From Flavobacteriales bacterium (GTDB taxonomy: Bacteria > Bacteroidota > Bacteroidia > Flavobacteriales > UBA1820), in assembly GCA_017620815.1 (NCBI GenBank), contig JAGAUI010000010.1, positions 1,944-65,943 on the forward strand: 64,000 nt of DNA, in the 5' to 3' direction. Positions 1 to 7,791 of the stretch are shown here, in pieces; the stretch's first letter is position 1, and each line of letters begins with the position of its first letter. The translations under genes were made by a program, and so were the position numbers. The notes beneath the pieces are model-generated. The model did not search any database and was not told where the DNA came from. It worked only from the letters and a program-made list of their open reading frames with translations.

Positions 1-100
1 GTTAATTAAAGAATTGGTTTGGTATGGACTCTTTTTGTTTTTTTGCAACCCCGCCATACTAGGGGCTTTACGTTTGGTTTTTCATCTTATATGAGTTTTA

Positions 101-307
101 TTACATTTCACTTTTATCTTCCACGGTAGAAGATTTGGTTTTACGGCGTGAGCGTCCACTACGACGCAAAGCATCAGATATTATCCACTGCAACTGCCCG
201 TTTACAGAACGGAATTCGTCGGCCGCCCATTTTTCTATGGCGTCCATCATATCTGCATCTACCCGCAAGACAAAGCTTTTGTTTTTTTCTTTTTTATCTT
301 CTGCCAT
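101..307 (-). CDS. Arc/MetJ-type ribbon-helix-helix DNA-binding protein
   Basis: 68-aa ORF. The N-terminal 'KSFVLRVDADMMDAIEKWAADEFRSVNGQLQWII' fits the strand-helix-helix layout of Arc-like repressors, and the tail is basic. It is last in a same-strand string with the SPFH gene. Confidence 0.55.
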   Translation of the reverse strand: MAEDKKEKNKSFVLRVDADMMDAIEKWAADEFRSVNGQLQWIISDALRRSGRSRRKTKSSTVEDKSEM

Positions 308-321
308 ATCTCACGCTGTTT

Positions 322-801
322 TTATTTCTTAATTATACGCAATAGTTTAACGAATGCTCGTCTTATATATTCAAGAGAACGCCCCAATATGATAAGTACA
401 AATCCCACCATCACAAAAACTGTCTCCCATACCTCATCGCTATCATTACCTCTTATCTTATTTATGATAGAGACTATCGCCACTATTCCTACCAATGTAT
501 AGGATATGGCTATCATAGCATTGGCTACACGAGCCGTAGGTGTTCCCTTTCTTACAAAACGTCTTTCACGTTTTTTACCTACTATGTCCTCACGGGTGAG
601 AGAAAAGGTAAAAAACCTCGAGATAAAACTTTTTACCTTTTCTCTGTTTACCCATAGAGACCACACCCACACTCCCAGCAACAGCACCACCGCTGCAATG
701 ACAGGACCCAGACGTCCCTCTTCTGCTCTAACGATAAGGCTATACGCCACCGTCGCCACTATGAGTATAGTCATCACAAAAGATCTCACATAACGTATCA
801 T
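322..801 (-). CDS. small polytopic membrane protein
   Basis: 159-aa ORF with about 4 hydrophobic segments (e.g. 'VMTILIVATVAYSLIV', 'VIAAVVLLLGVWVWSLWV'). No recognisable catalytic motif. Confidence 0.5.
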   Translation of the reverse strand: MIRYVRSFVMTILIVATVAYSLIVRAEEGRLGPVIAAVVLLLGVWVWSLWVNREKVKSFISRFFTFSLTREDIVGKKRERRFVRKGTPTARVANAMIAISYTLVGIVAIVSIINKIRGNDSDEVWETVFVMVGFVLIILGRSLEYIRRAFVKLLRIIKK

Positions 802-834
802 ATCTGTAGGGTGTTAAGTGTTGAAATTATTTTA

Positions 835-1773
835 TTACTGGTGCAGTGTTCCTGTATTTACAACCGGCTGAGCTGCTTCATCGGCACATAGGACTACTAG
901 AAGATTGGATACCATAGCGGCTTTACGTTCCTCGTCTAGCTCTACCACGCCATCTTCGCCCAGTTTATCCAGTGCCATCTTCACCATACCTACTGCACCT
1001 TCTACTATCTTGTGACGAGCCGAAAGTATAGCATCTGCCTGCTGACGACGCAACATCACAGCTGCAATCTCGGGTGCATAGGCTAGATGTGATATACGAG
1101 CCTCTATAACCTCTATACCTGCTATTTCCAGACTTGCTGAAATCTCGGCTTCCAGACGACGCTGTACCTCATCACCAGATGAACGCAATGTAACCTCATC
1201 GTGAGATTCTATATTGTCATAAGCATATTCGCCTGCTATACGGCGTAGTGCTGCATCGGCCTGTATTTTTACAAAGTTTTCATATGTCTTCATACGTCCG
1301 GCAGCATTGGTAACCACACCTTCTTTGGCATTGACATCGTTGTCTATATTAAACATTACCTTGTAGGTATCACGCACTTTCCATACCATAACCAGACCTA
1401 TAAGGATAGGGTTACCCGTCTTGTCGTTCACCTTGATAGGAGCAGCGTCTAGGTTACGAGCTTTAAGAGGTATCTTGGTAGCAGTATTAAAGGGGTTTAC
1501 CCAGTAGAATCCGTTACGGGTAAAAGTACCTTCATACTTACCAAAGAACATTATAACACGTGCTTCGTTGGGTTCTACCATTATAAATCCACCCAACATC
1601 ACGAGTGAAAGTAGAGAAAGCAACACTCCTAGTGTAATGCCTATCGCCATCATACCCGGCTCCATAAGGAACACAAAAGAGCATACAGCCCCTGCCACCA
1701 TCAGAAAAAATACTAGCAGCATCAGAAATCCCGATGCACACATACCCGAAAAAGTTACTTCATTGGTCTTCAT
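835..1773 (-). CDS. SPFH/band-7 (stomatin/flotillin-like) domain membrane protein
   Basis: 312 aa with N-terminal TM segments followed by SPFH-like sequence: 'VEPNEARVIMFFGKY...', 'PIKVNDKTGNPILIGLVMVWKV', and an Ala/Glu-rich helical region 'EIAAVMLRRQQADAILSAR'. Confidence 0.8.
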   Translation of the reverse strand: MKTNEVTFSGMCASGFLMLLVFFLMVAGAVCSFVFLMEPGMMAIGITLGVLLSLLSLVMLGGFIMVEPNEARVIMFFGKYEGTFTRNGFYWVNPFNTATKIPLKARNLDAAPIKVNDKTGNPILIGLVMVWKVRDTYKVMFNIDNDVNAKEGVVTNAAGRMKTYENFVKIQADAALRRIAGEYAYDNIESHDEVTLRSSGDEVQRRLEAEISASLEIAGIEVIEARISHLAYAPEIAAVMLRRQQADAILSARHKIVEGAVGMVKMALDKLGEDGVVELDEERKAAMVSNLLVVLCADEAAQPVVNTGTLHQ

Positions 1774-2203
1774 AATTTCAAAAAGTTTTAAAGTTAATTT
1801 ATTATTTTACTATTTTTTATATCACACATTAGTTCTACAATAAATACCGCTACAGCTATCCCCACAGCCAATATATCCTTCATATCTACTACTATCCCCA
1901 TCGCTAAACTCGTTTTATTTTGATATCATTTTGATATCACAAAAATAATTTAAAATTTCTGTTTTCCAAATGTTTTTTAAAAATTTTAAAAACTTTTTCT
2001 CACATTTTTCTTCTACATCTCTATACTTTTAACTACAACATACATTTTTGGCATAAAAAAGAACACTTTCATTCACTTTTTACAATAGAGTGCTTATTTT
2101 CCCTATCAAAAATTTGTTTTTTTTACTCCATAATTAAAATATATATCGGATATTTGTAGGCATATTTTAAAACACGAAGGAAATTTATAAAACAAATAAA
2201 ATT

Positions 2204-3277
2204 ATGCGTAAAATCAATTTCAGTGCAGGACCATCTGCATTACCATATGAAGTGGTAGAGAAAATGTCTGAGGCAATGATAGATTTTGAAGGCTCAGGCG
2301 TAGGTATAGGAGAGATTTCACACCGTAGCAAGGAGTTTCTCTCCATCATGGAAGAAGCCAAATCCCTAGTACGTGAACTACTGGAAGTACCAGAAGGCTA
2401 CTCCATACTATTTCTACACGGCGGAGCTACGCTACATTTCCTTATGACAGCCATGAACCTCATGAAAAAGGACGGTCGTGCTGGCTACCTCAATAGTGGC
2501 ACTTGGGCAGCAAAAGCGATGAAAGAAGCATCTATGGTAGGCGAAGTAGTAGAAGTAGCCTCTTCCAAAGCCGATGGATACACTTATATCCCCAAAGGCT
2601 ACACTATCCCTAGCGATATAGACTATTTCCATTGCACATCAAACAACACCATATATGGAACCCAGATAAAAGAGTTCCCAGAATGCCCTGTTACATATGT
2701 ATGTGATATGTCATCAGACATTTTTTCACGCCGCATAGATGTATCCAAATTTGACCTTATATATGCAGGAGCCCAGAAGAACGTAGGCCCAGCTGGTGTA
2801 ACACTAGTTATAGTTCGTGATGAAATCCTAGGCAAGACAGGTCGCGATATACCATATGTACTAGACTATCAGCAGCATATCAAGGCTGGTAGCATGTATA
2901 ACACACCATGCTGTATGGCTGTATATATGAGCGTACTTAACATGCGTCATCTTAAAGCTCGTGGAGGAGTAGCTGTAGCCGAAACATACAACCGTGAAAA
3001 AGCACAGATGCTTTATGATGAAATAGACCGCAACAGCATGTTCCGCGGAGTGGTTACAGTAAAAGAAGACCGCAGTGATATGAACGTTACATTTGTTCTT
3101 AATGAGCCAGAGAAATACAGCGAACGTTTTGCAGAATTATGTGAAGAAGCCGCTATCCGCGAAGTCAAAGGACACCGTAGCGTAGGCGGTTATCGTGTTT
3201 CGCTATACAACGCCATGACCAAAGAAAACGTTCAAGTTCTTATAGACGTAATGCAAAAACTAGAACAGGAGAAATAA
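2204..3277 (+). CDS. serC: 3-phosphoserine aminotransferase
   Basis: 357 aa. 'INFSAGPSALP', 'EISHRSKEF', 'FLHGGATLHF', 'IYAGAQKNVGPAGVT' (the PLP-Lys motif) and 'GHRSVGGYRVSLYNA' are classic SerC signatures. The gene is adjacent to serA. Confidence 0.95.
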   Translation: MRKINFSAGPSALPYEVVEKMSEAMIDFEGSGVGIGEISHRSKEFLSIMEEAKSLVRELLEVPEGYSILFLHGGATLHFLMTAMNLMKKDGRAGYLNSGTWAAKAMKEASMVGEVVEVASSKADGYTYIPKGYTIPSDIDYFHCTSNNTIYGTQIKEFPECPVTYVCDMSSDIFSRRIDVSKFDLIYAGAQKNVGPAGVTLVIVRDEILGKTGRDIPYVLDYQQHIKAGSMYNTPCCMAVYMSVLNMRHLKARGGVAVAETYNREKAQMLYDEIDRNSMFRGVVTVKEDRSDMNVTFVLNEPEKYSERFAELCEEAAIREVKGHRSVGGYRVSLYNAMTKENVQVLIDVMQKLEQEK

Positions 3278-3278
3278 A

Positions 3279-4232
3279 ATGAAAATACTTGCCAATGACG
3301 GAATGTCTGCTGCTGGTGTCAAGATACTGGAAGAAGCAGGAGCTGTGGTAATAACACAGAACGTTCCACAAGAAAACCTAGCCGAATACATAAACAGCGA
3401 AGGCGTAGAAGTCCTCACTGTACGTTCGGCTACAAAGGTACGCAAAGACCTTATAGACGCTTGCCCGGGACTTAAAGTGATAGGTCGTGCTGGTGTAGGT
3501 ATGGATAACATAGATGTAGCTTATGCTCGTAGCATAGGTCGTAAGGTGGTTAATACCCCTGCTGCATCGTCTATATCGGTTGCAGAATTGGTTATGTGCC
3601 ACATGCTTAACGTTGCTCGTATGGTAGAAGACTCAAACCGTCAAATGCCACTAGAGGGAGAAACAAGTTTTGCTGCTCTTAAAAAGAAATATGCCAAAGG
3701 TAAAGAACTACAAGGCAAGACACTGGGCGTGATAGGCTTTGGACGCATAGGTCAAGCACTTGCAAGAAAAGCCATAGGTATGGGAATGAAGGTAGTGTTC
3801 CACGACCCTTTCATCACAGCTAGCGTTTCGCTCAAGATGGAGTTCTATGACGGGCAGAGCGTAACGTTTGACATAGCACCTTCTACACTGGACGAAGTTC
3901 TTTCACAGGCAGATTTTATTTCTCTACACGTTCCTTCACAGGAAAAACCGCTTATAGATGCCGATGCTATCGCCAAGATGAAAGATGGCGTGGTGATAGT
4001 GAATGCTGCTCGTGGTGGTGTGGTAGATGAACTTGCACTATTGCAGGGTATAGATAGCGGCAAAGTATTCGGTGCGGGACTGGACGTATTTACAGGCGAA
4101 CCTACTCCACCTGTTGCTGTTCTTATGAACGAGAAAATCTCTCTTTCCCCACACATAGGTGCTTCTACTACCGATGCTCAGGACAAGATAGGTATAGAGA
4201 TCGCTTACAACATACTGGAAGCTCTCAAATAA
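3279..4232 (+). CDS. serA: D-3-phosphoglycerate dehydrogenase (short form, 2-hydroxyacid dehydrogenase family)
   Basis: 317 aa. It has the NAD Rossmann motif 'GVIGFGRIGQALARKA', plus 'NAARGGVVDE' and 'SPHIGASTTDAQ'. It starts 2 nt after serC. Confidence 0.85.
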   Translation: MKILANDGMSAAGVKILEEAGAVVITQNVPQENLAEYINSEGVEVLTVRSATKVRKDLIDACPGLKVIGRAGVGMDNIDVAYARSIGRKVVNTPAASSISVAELVMCHMLNVARMVEDSNRQMPLEGETSFAALKKKYAKGKELQGKTLGVIGFGRIGQALARKAIGMGMKVVFHDPFITASVSLKMEFYDGQSVTFDIAPSTLDEVLSQADFISLHVPSQEKPLIDADAIAKMKDGVVIVNAARGGVVDELALLQGIDSGKVFGAGLDVFTGEPTPPVAVLMNEKISLSPHIGASTTDAQDKIGIEIAYNILEALK

Positions 4233-4465
4233 GACTCACTCACATATTTATATGCACAAAGGGCAGCCCTGCGGGCAACCGTTATTTTATTTTAACTAAT
4301 TGATTATCAGTGTTAGTTTTTACGAAAATTGCGAAATCCTACATAGAAGACTATATGAAAGTCGTAATTGAGCAAAAAAACTACAAATGCAAAGGCACAT
4401 AAAACTTTTGAAAGTAAAGCACTGAAATCAAGTATCTTTCAATGATGCATTGTGAATAAACTAAG

Positions 4466-4510
4466 GTGGCGTATGAGCGAACTACACAGTTCACTACATA
4501 CGCCACTTTT
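4466..4510. terminator. two-tier GC hairpin, probable terminator of the minus-strand island operon (and/or plus-strand read-through)
   Basis: GTGGCGTATG (4466-4475) pairs with CATACGCCAC (4497-4506). An inner stem GAACT/AGTTC sits inside. TTTT follows on the plus strand. The hairpin lies 55 nt beyond the stop of the 4561..5829 gene. Confidence 0.55.
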
Positions 4511-4560
4511 GTCTTGAATTAGTTTGTATTAATGCGGACTATTTTGCAACCGTACTATGA

Positions 4561-5829
4561 TTAGCACTCATCGCTTGCTGCCACACATAGGGCTGCTCGG
4601 GTAAACTCCTCAGGGAAATGGGTTTTGAGGTAAGCTGTTGAGTAGGATAGATAGGCTAGTACCACAGCGTGTGCCTTCGGGTAGGCGTACAATCCTTGCT
4701 CGGTCATCGTTTGCCAACTCGCTTCGCCATATTTTGCTACCCAGCTAGGACGATACAACTCCAACTTTTCTATCCGTTTTCTACCCACGGCACGGCGCAA
4801 ATCGTCTGCCTCAGCCTCACTAAATCCGCAAGCCATCGCATCGCGCATAATCTCCTCTTGAAAACAATATCGTGAATCATTCTCGTTAAACATCTCAAAC
4901 GCCCCTGGTCTATTTATGGCGCAAAGACGCACCAAATCGTCAAACGAGGTCGGCGGATTAAAGTGCATCTCATTTGCCATCCCTCTGCGATTTAGGCAAT
5001 AGATTCCCGCCAAGTCGCCATAATGGAACGAGCGATAAGTCTCAGCATCATCGAGTGGTATTCGCAAATCGCAGCCATTAGACAAGTCAGTAAGCATCAA
5101 TCCGCACTTATCCCAAATCTCGTGGTTTGTCCGACTAATAAGCCCTGCGATGTTTGACGCTACAAGCGTTACGATATACCCCTCGCTCTCATCGCAAGCA
5201 ATCGCCTGCTCCAAATCTCGCAGATGAGATGGGCTCAAAATCTTACCAATAAGCAACTCCACCTCGATAAACTTTTGGCGATCCTCGGGCATAAATCGGG
5301 CAAACATAAGGTTGTGCTTTATGGGGTCTATATTCGTGATTCGCAAGCAATAAAAGACTAACGAGGCAGAATAGACTCCACGCCCTGCAATGTACGAGAT
5401 CCCCAATAGACTCATCTCCTTGGTCATCTTCGCCACGCCAAGCAGATACTCCACATAGCCACAACGCTCAAAAACCGCGACTTCGTGGTCGATGCGTTGC
5501 AGATATGCTTCTCGGTTTTCGGGTGTTAATAGACCTCTCCCTTCTGCATTGTCAATCACGATTTTTTGCAGATGCTTTGCCGGCGCTTTTGCAAATTTCT
5601 TGGGAAGTTTCAGGCGAGGAACGCTAAATACTCGCTCATTGTCGTTCTCTTTTGCGGTTAATACTCCCGACTCCTTGATTTGTCGGATAATGCGGCTTGC
5701 TCGGTTAAAACCGATGCAAAACCTCTCGCTAATGCCCGAGGCGGTCAATCTCTTTTGCACTCTGGCATACGCTACAACCTCATCAAACAGAGGGTCGCAG
5801 TTGCTTCTGTCAAAAGTTTTATTCTCCAT
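4561..5829 (-). CDS. FtsK-gamma winged-helix domain fused to a truncated, divergent DNA polymerase III alpha (DnaE)-like domain
   Basis: The N-terminus 'DPLFDEVVAYARVQKRLTASGISERFCIGFNRASRIIRQIKESGVL' matches the FtsK gamma domain (DPLF...SxxQRxxxIGYNRAARIIEQME). The rest has collinear PolIII-alpha blocks: 'GRGVYSASLVFYCLRITNIDPIKHNLMFARFMPEDR', 'IPLDDAETY', 'FDDLVRLCAINRPGAF', 'FQEEIMRDAMACGFSEAEADDLRRAVGRK' and 'YAYPKAHAVVLAYLSYSTAYLKTHFPEEF'. There is no PHP domain, most of the palm/fingers is missing, and there are no beta-binding or OB domains. Confidence 0.75.
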   Translation of the reverse strand: MENKTFDRSNCDPLFDEVVAYARVQKRLTASGISERFCIGFNRASRIIRQIKESGVLTAKENDNERVFSVPRLKLPKKFAKAPAKHLQKIVIDNAEGRGLLTPENREAYLQRIDHEVAVFERCGYVEYLLGVAKMTKEMSLLGISYIAGRGVYSASLVFYCLRITNIDPIKHNLMFARFMPEDRQKFIEVELLIGKILSPSHLRDLEQAIACDESEGYIVTLVASNIAGLISRTNHEIWDKCGLMLTDLSNGCDLRIPLDDAETYRSFHYGDLAGIYCLNRRGMANEMHFNPPTSFDDLVRLCAINRPGAFEMFNENDSRYCFQEEIMRDAMACGFSEAEADDLRRAVGRKRIEKLELYRPSWVAKYGEASWQTMTEQGLYAYPKAHAVVLAYLSYSTAYLKTHFPEEFTRAALCVAASDEC

Positions 5830-6538
5830 TGTCGTCCACTACATTTATGGTTTGCAATCTGGTTAATTTAAGGTTGTATGAGAAAAACATCTCGTCTTGT
5901 TGTGATAGAAGTGTTGCATCAGGCGTATCAAGCACCAATCTTGACTGCGATTTATCTGTAATACGGAAACAAATACGAGTCGGCATATTTGCTTTTAGGC
6001 GGCCTGAAAAGACCTTCCAACTAACTGGAATTGATGCTGCGATAAGATGAACCCCAACAAGATGACCTCGCTCGGCAATATAGACAAGCATATCCATAAA
6101 CTCTTTTTTGTACATTACAAGATAATCGAAGTCATCAATCAACACCATTTTTGGAGGGAAGGAGAGGTTTGGATTACTCATTAGTTTTTTAATATTGTCG
6201 CACAACATCTCCAACGCCTCACGAATCTCCTCCATCGTAGTCAGATATGTGTCAAAATAGGGGCGATTACCATCCATCCCTTTGGGGTCGATATAGATGA
6301 CAAAACACCCCTCAAACACCTTTTTGGGGGCATAATAAATAGACTTCGCAAAGACGTGTAGAAGGTTTGTTTTCCCTTGCCCCGTTGCCCCTCCGACCAA
6401 AATATTTCCCACCTTTGCCAAATCGACAATCAGGGGCTGGTTGTTGTCATCGTAGCCGAGAAAAATAGGCAATCCCATACACTTTGTCTGCTCCTTATGA
6501 GTGCGCATAATCGTTTTAAGTTCATTCTTGTTCTTCAT
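5819..6538 (-). CDS. soluble FtsK/SpoIIIE-family DNA translocase ATPase (motor domain only)
   Basis: 239 aa. 'LPIFLGYDDNNQPLIVDLAKVGNILVGGATGQGKTNLL' carries Walker A, 'IDPKGMD' follows, 'MVLIDDFDYLV' is Walker B, and 'GVHLIAASIPVSWKVFSGRLKANMPTRICFRITDKSQSRLVLD' is collinear with the FtsK alpha/beta core. There is no TM region. The stop overlaps the next ORF's start by 11 nt (ATGGAGAATAA). Confidence 0.85.
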   Translation of the reverse strand: MKNKNELKTIMRTHKEQTKCMGLPIFLGYDDNNQPLIVDLAKVGNILVGGATGQGKTNLLHVFAKSIYYAPKKVFEGCFVIYIDPKGMDGNRPYFDTYLTTMEEIREALEMLCDNIKKLMSNPNLSFPPKMVLIDDFDYLVMYKKEFMDMLVYIAERGHLVGVHLIAASIPVSWKVFSGRLKANMPTRICFRITDKSQSRLVLDTPDATLLSQQDEMFFSYNLKLTRLQTINVVDDNGE

Positions 6539-7031
6539 CTTCTTGCTCTATTATTTTGTCAATATAGTTATCATTGTATAGTCCTTTTTCTATCGCTTTT
6601 GCCATAAGTGCCGAGTAGATGCGCCAAAAGTTTGGACCGTGAGGAGTATCCTTCTTGCCACTGCGCCGATGCTCCGTAAAGTGGATATGGTGGGCGTATT
6701 CGTGTATAGCTATCTCCTCCAACGAGTGGACATTGCCCCAGCCACCGTGAATCGTTATACTCCGCTTTGCCGGCGCATAGTAACCCATACGGCTCTTGGG
6801 ACGTTGCTCCGTAACACGCAACTCGAAAGCAACCTGCGGGCGGTAGATTTTCATCAACATCCATTTCAGTTGCGTGGCAACCTTGGTTGTCGGGTCGGTT
6901 GAGCGATATGGCCTCTCGCAGACCTCCATAGGTTGTTCCTCAGTAGTCAGTTCTCGCCAAATGACCTTAATCTCTGCCCATAATGGAAAGAGTTTTCTAT
7001 GCCCATGCAATATGATATTCTGTAAATTCAT
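6522..7031 (-). CDS. SprT-like (zincin HExxH) metallopeptidase
   Basis: 169 aa. 'IAIHEYAHHIHF' (HExxH) is followed by 'PHGPNFWRIY', which resembles the SprT 'HELxHL...HGxxW/F' arrangement. It overlaps the FtsK-like ORF by 17 nt. Confidence 0.65.
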   Translation of the reverse strand: MNLQNIILHGHRKLFPLWAEIKVIWRELTTEEQPMEVCERPYRSTDPTTKVATQLKWMLMKIYRPQVAFELRVTEQRPKSRMGYYAPAKRSITIHGGWGNVHSLEEIAIHEYAHHIHFTEHRRSGKKDTPHGPNFWRIYSALMAKAIEKGLYNDNYIDKIIEQEDEEQE

Positions 7032-7069
7032 TGCATTATTTTATGAAAATTATGAAACACTATTTCCAA

Positions 7070-7636
7070 TCAAACATCTTCATACGCTTCATAAGTCCTC
7101 ATTAATCGTTTTAATTTTTCTATCTTCTTTTCACTTGATATATCATTATCAATAATTTTTTTTACTCTTCTTTTAAGGTCAAAACCTATCTCTTGTAGAT
7201 TGTCCCAGTGAACATACACATCTATATTTGTAAGATACTGAGAATAGTAGTCTATTGCGTTATTGAGATATTCAGGATCTGTAAGGCGTTTAACCTTCTC
7301 CACACGAGGAATATCCCATATTGCAAGTTGACTATCGGTTGTCGTAACCTCTCGCTCAACAATACTATAAGCCAATTTTTCATAATGGCCACCCAATATC
7401 TTTGCAGCCTTAAAACTTCCGGACTGTGAAGCATTGTTTAGCCAGCATATTGCGCTAAACATATCCTGTTTCACCCCTTTGCCCTCATAGTAACAGATAC
7501 CTAATCGGTATTTTCCTTCGTGGTCAGCTTTATCTTCTGCTACTAACGACCAGCAGCGAATAGCATTCGTATAATCTCCGTTTGCAGCGTATAGGTTTCC
7601 TGCCTCACATATAGCCTTGATATTGTCCAAATCCAT
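7070..7636 (-). CDS. Sel1-like (TPR-family) repeat protein
   Basis: 188 aa. 'AGNLYAANGDYTNAIRCW' and 'YRLGICYYEGKGVKQDMFSAICWLNNASQSGSFKA' are typical Sel1 repeats. The gene is visibly more AT-rich than its neighbours. Confidence 0.7.
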   Translation of the reverse strand: MDLDNIKAICEAGNLYAANGDYTNAIRCWSLVAEDKADHEGKYRLGICYYEGKGVKQDMFSAICWLNNASQSGSFKAAKILGGHYEKLAYSIVEREVTTTDSQLAIWDIPRVEKVKRLTDPEYLNNAIDYYSQYLTNIDVYVHWDNLQEIGFDLKRRVKKIIDNDISSEKKIEKLKRLMRTYEAYEDV

Positions 7637-7655
7637 AACCCAAAGTTTTATAGTG

Positions 7656-7663
7656 CAAAGCTA
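7656..7663 (-). promoter_or_regulatory. candidate Bacteroidetes -7 promoter box (TAGCTTTG) upstream of the Sel1 gene
   Basis: The minus strand reads TAGCTTTG, matching TAnnTTTG, about 20 nt upstream of the ATG at 7636. It sits inside a 155-nt intergenic gap. Confidence 0.3.
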
Positions 7664-7791
7664 CCTCCTCACACAGCCAAATATTTTCAGAGTAAATTTT
7701 AGTTCTTGTTTTATTTAGCTCCTTTCGGGGGACATGTAGTAGAGTACTCATGAGTGCCTATAAGAGTTCGTATTTTGTCATAAATAAGCTG

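Noticed and set aside
40-100. Short CCCC/GGGG hairpin (about 51-68) as a terminator of the Arc-like gene
   Set aside because: It has only a 4-bp stem and no U-run in the relevant (minus) orientation. It may instead belong to a plus-strand gene outside the window, so I did not call it.
4233-4465. Possible att site or small RNA between serA and the island, plus the shared 9-mer ATTTTATTT near both island borders (about 4284 and about 16907)
   Set aside because: The shared string is a low-complexity AT sequence and too short to be meaningful by eye. No integrase or tRNA is present. Only trivial ORFs of 15 aa or fewer occur, and the evidence for an sRNA is insufficient.
4561-5829. Reading the PolIII-alpha-like ORF as a second functional replicative polymerase (dnaE2/imuC-like)
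   Set aside because: At 422 aa it lacks the PHP, thumb/fingers core, beta-binding and OB regions, and the canonical DxD motif is not present. It cannot be a conventional replicase.
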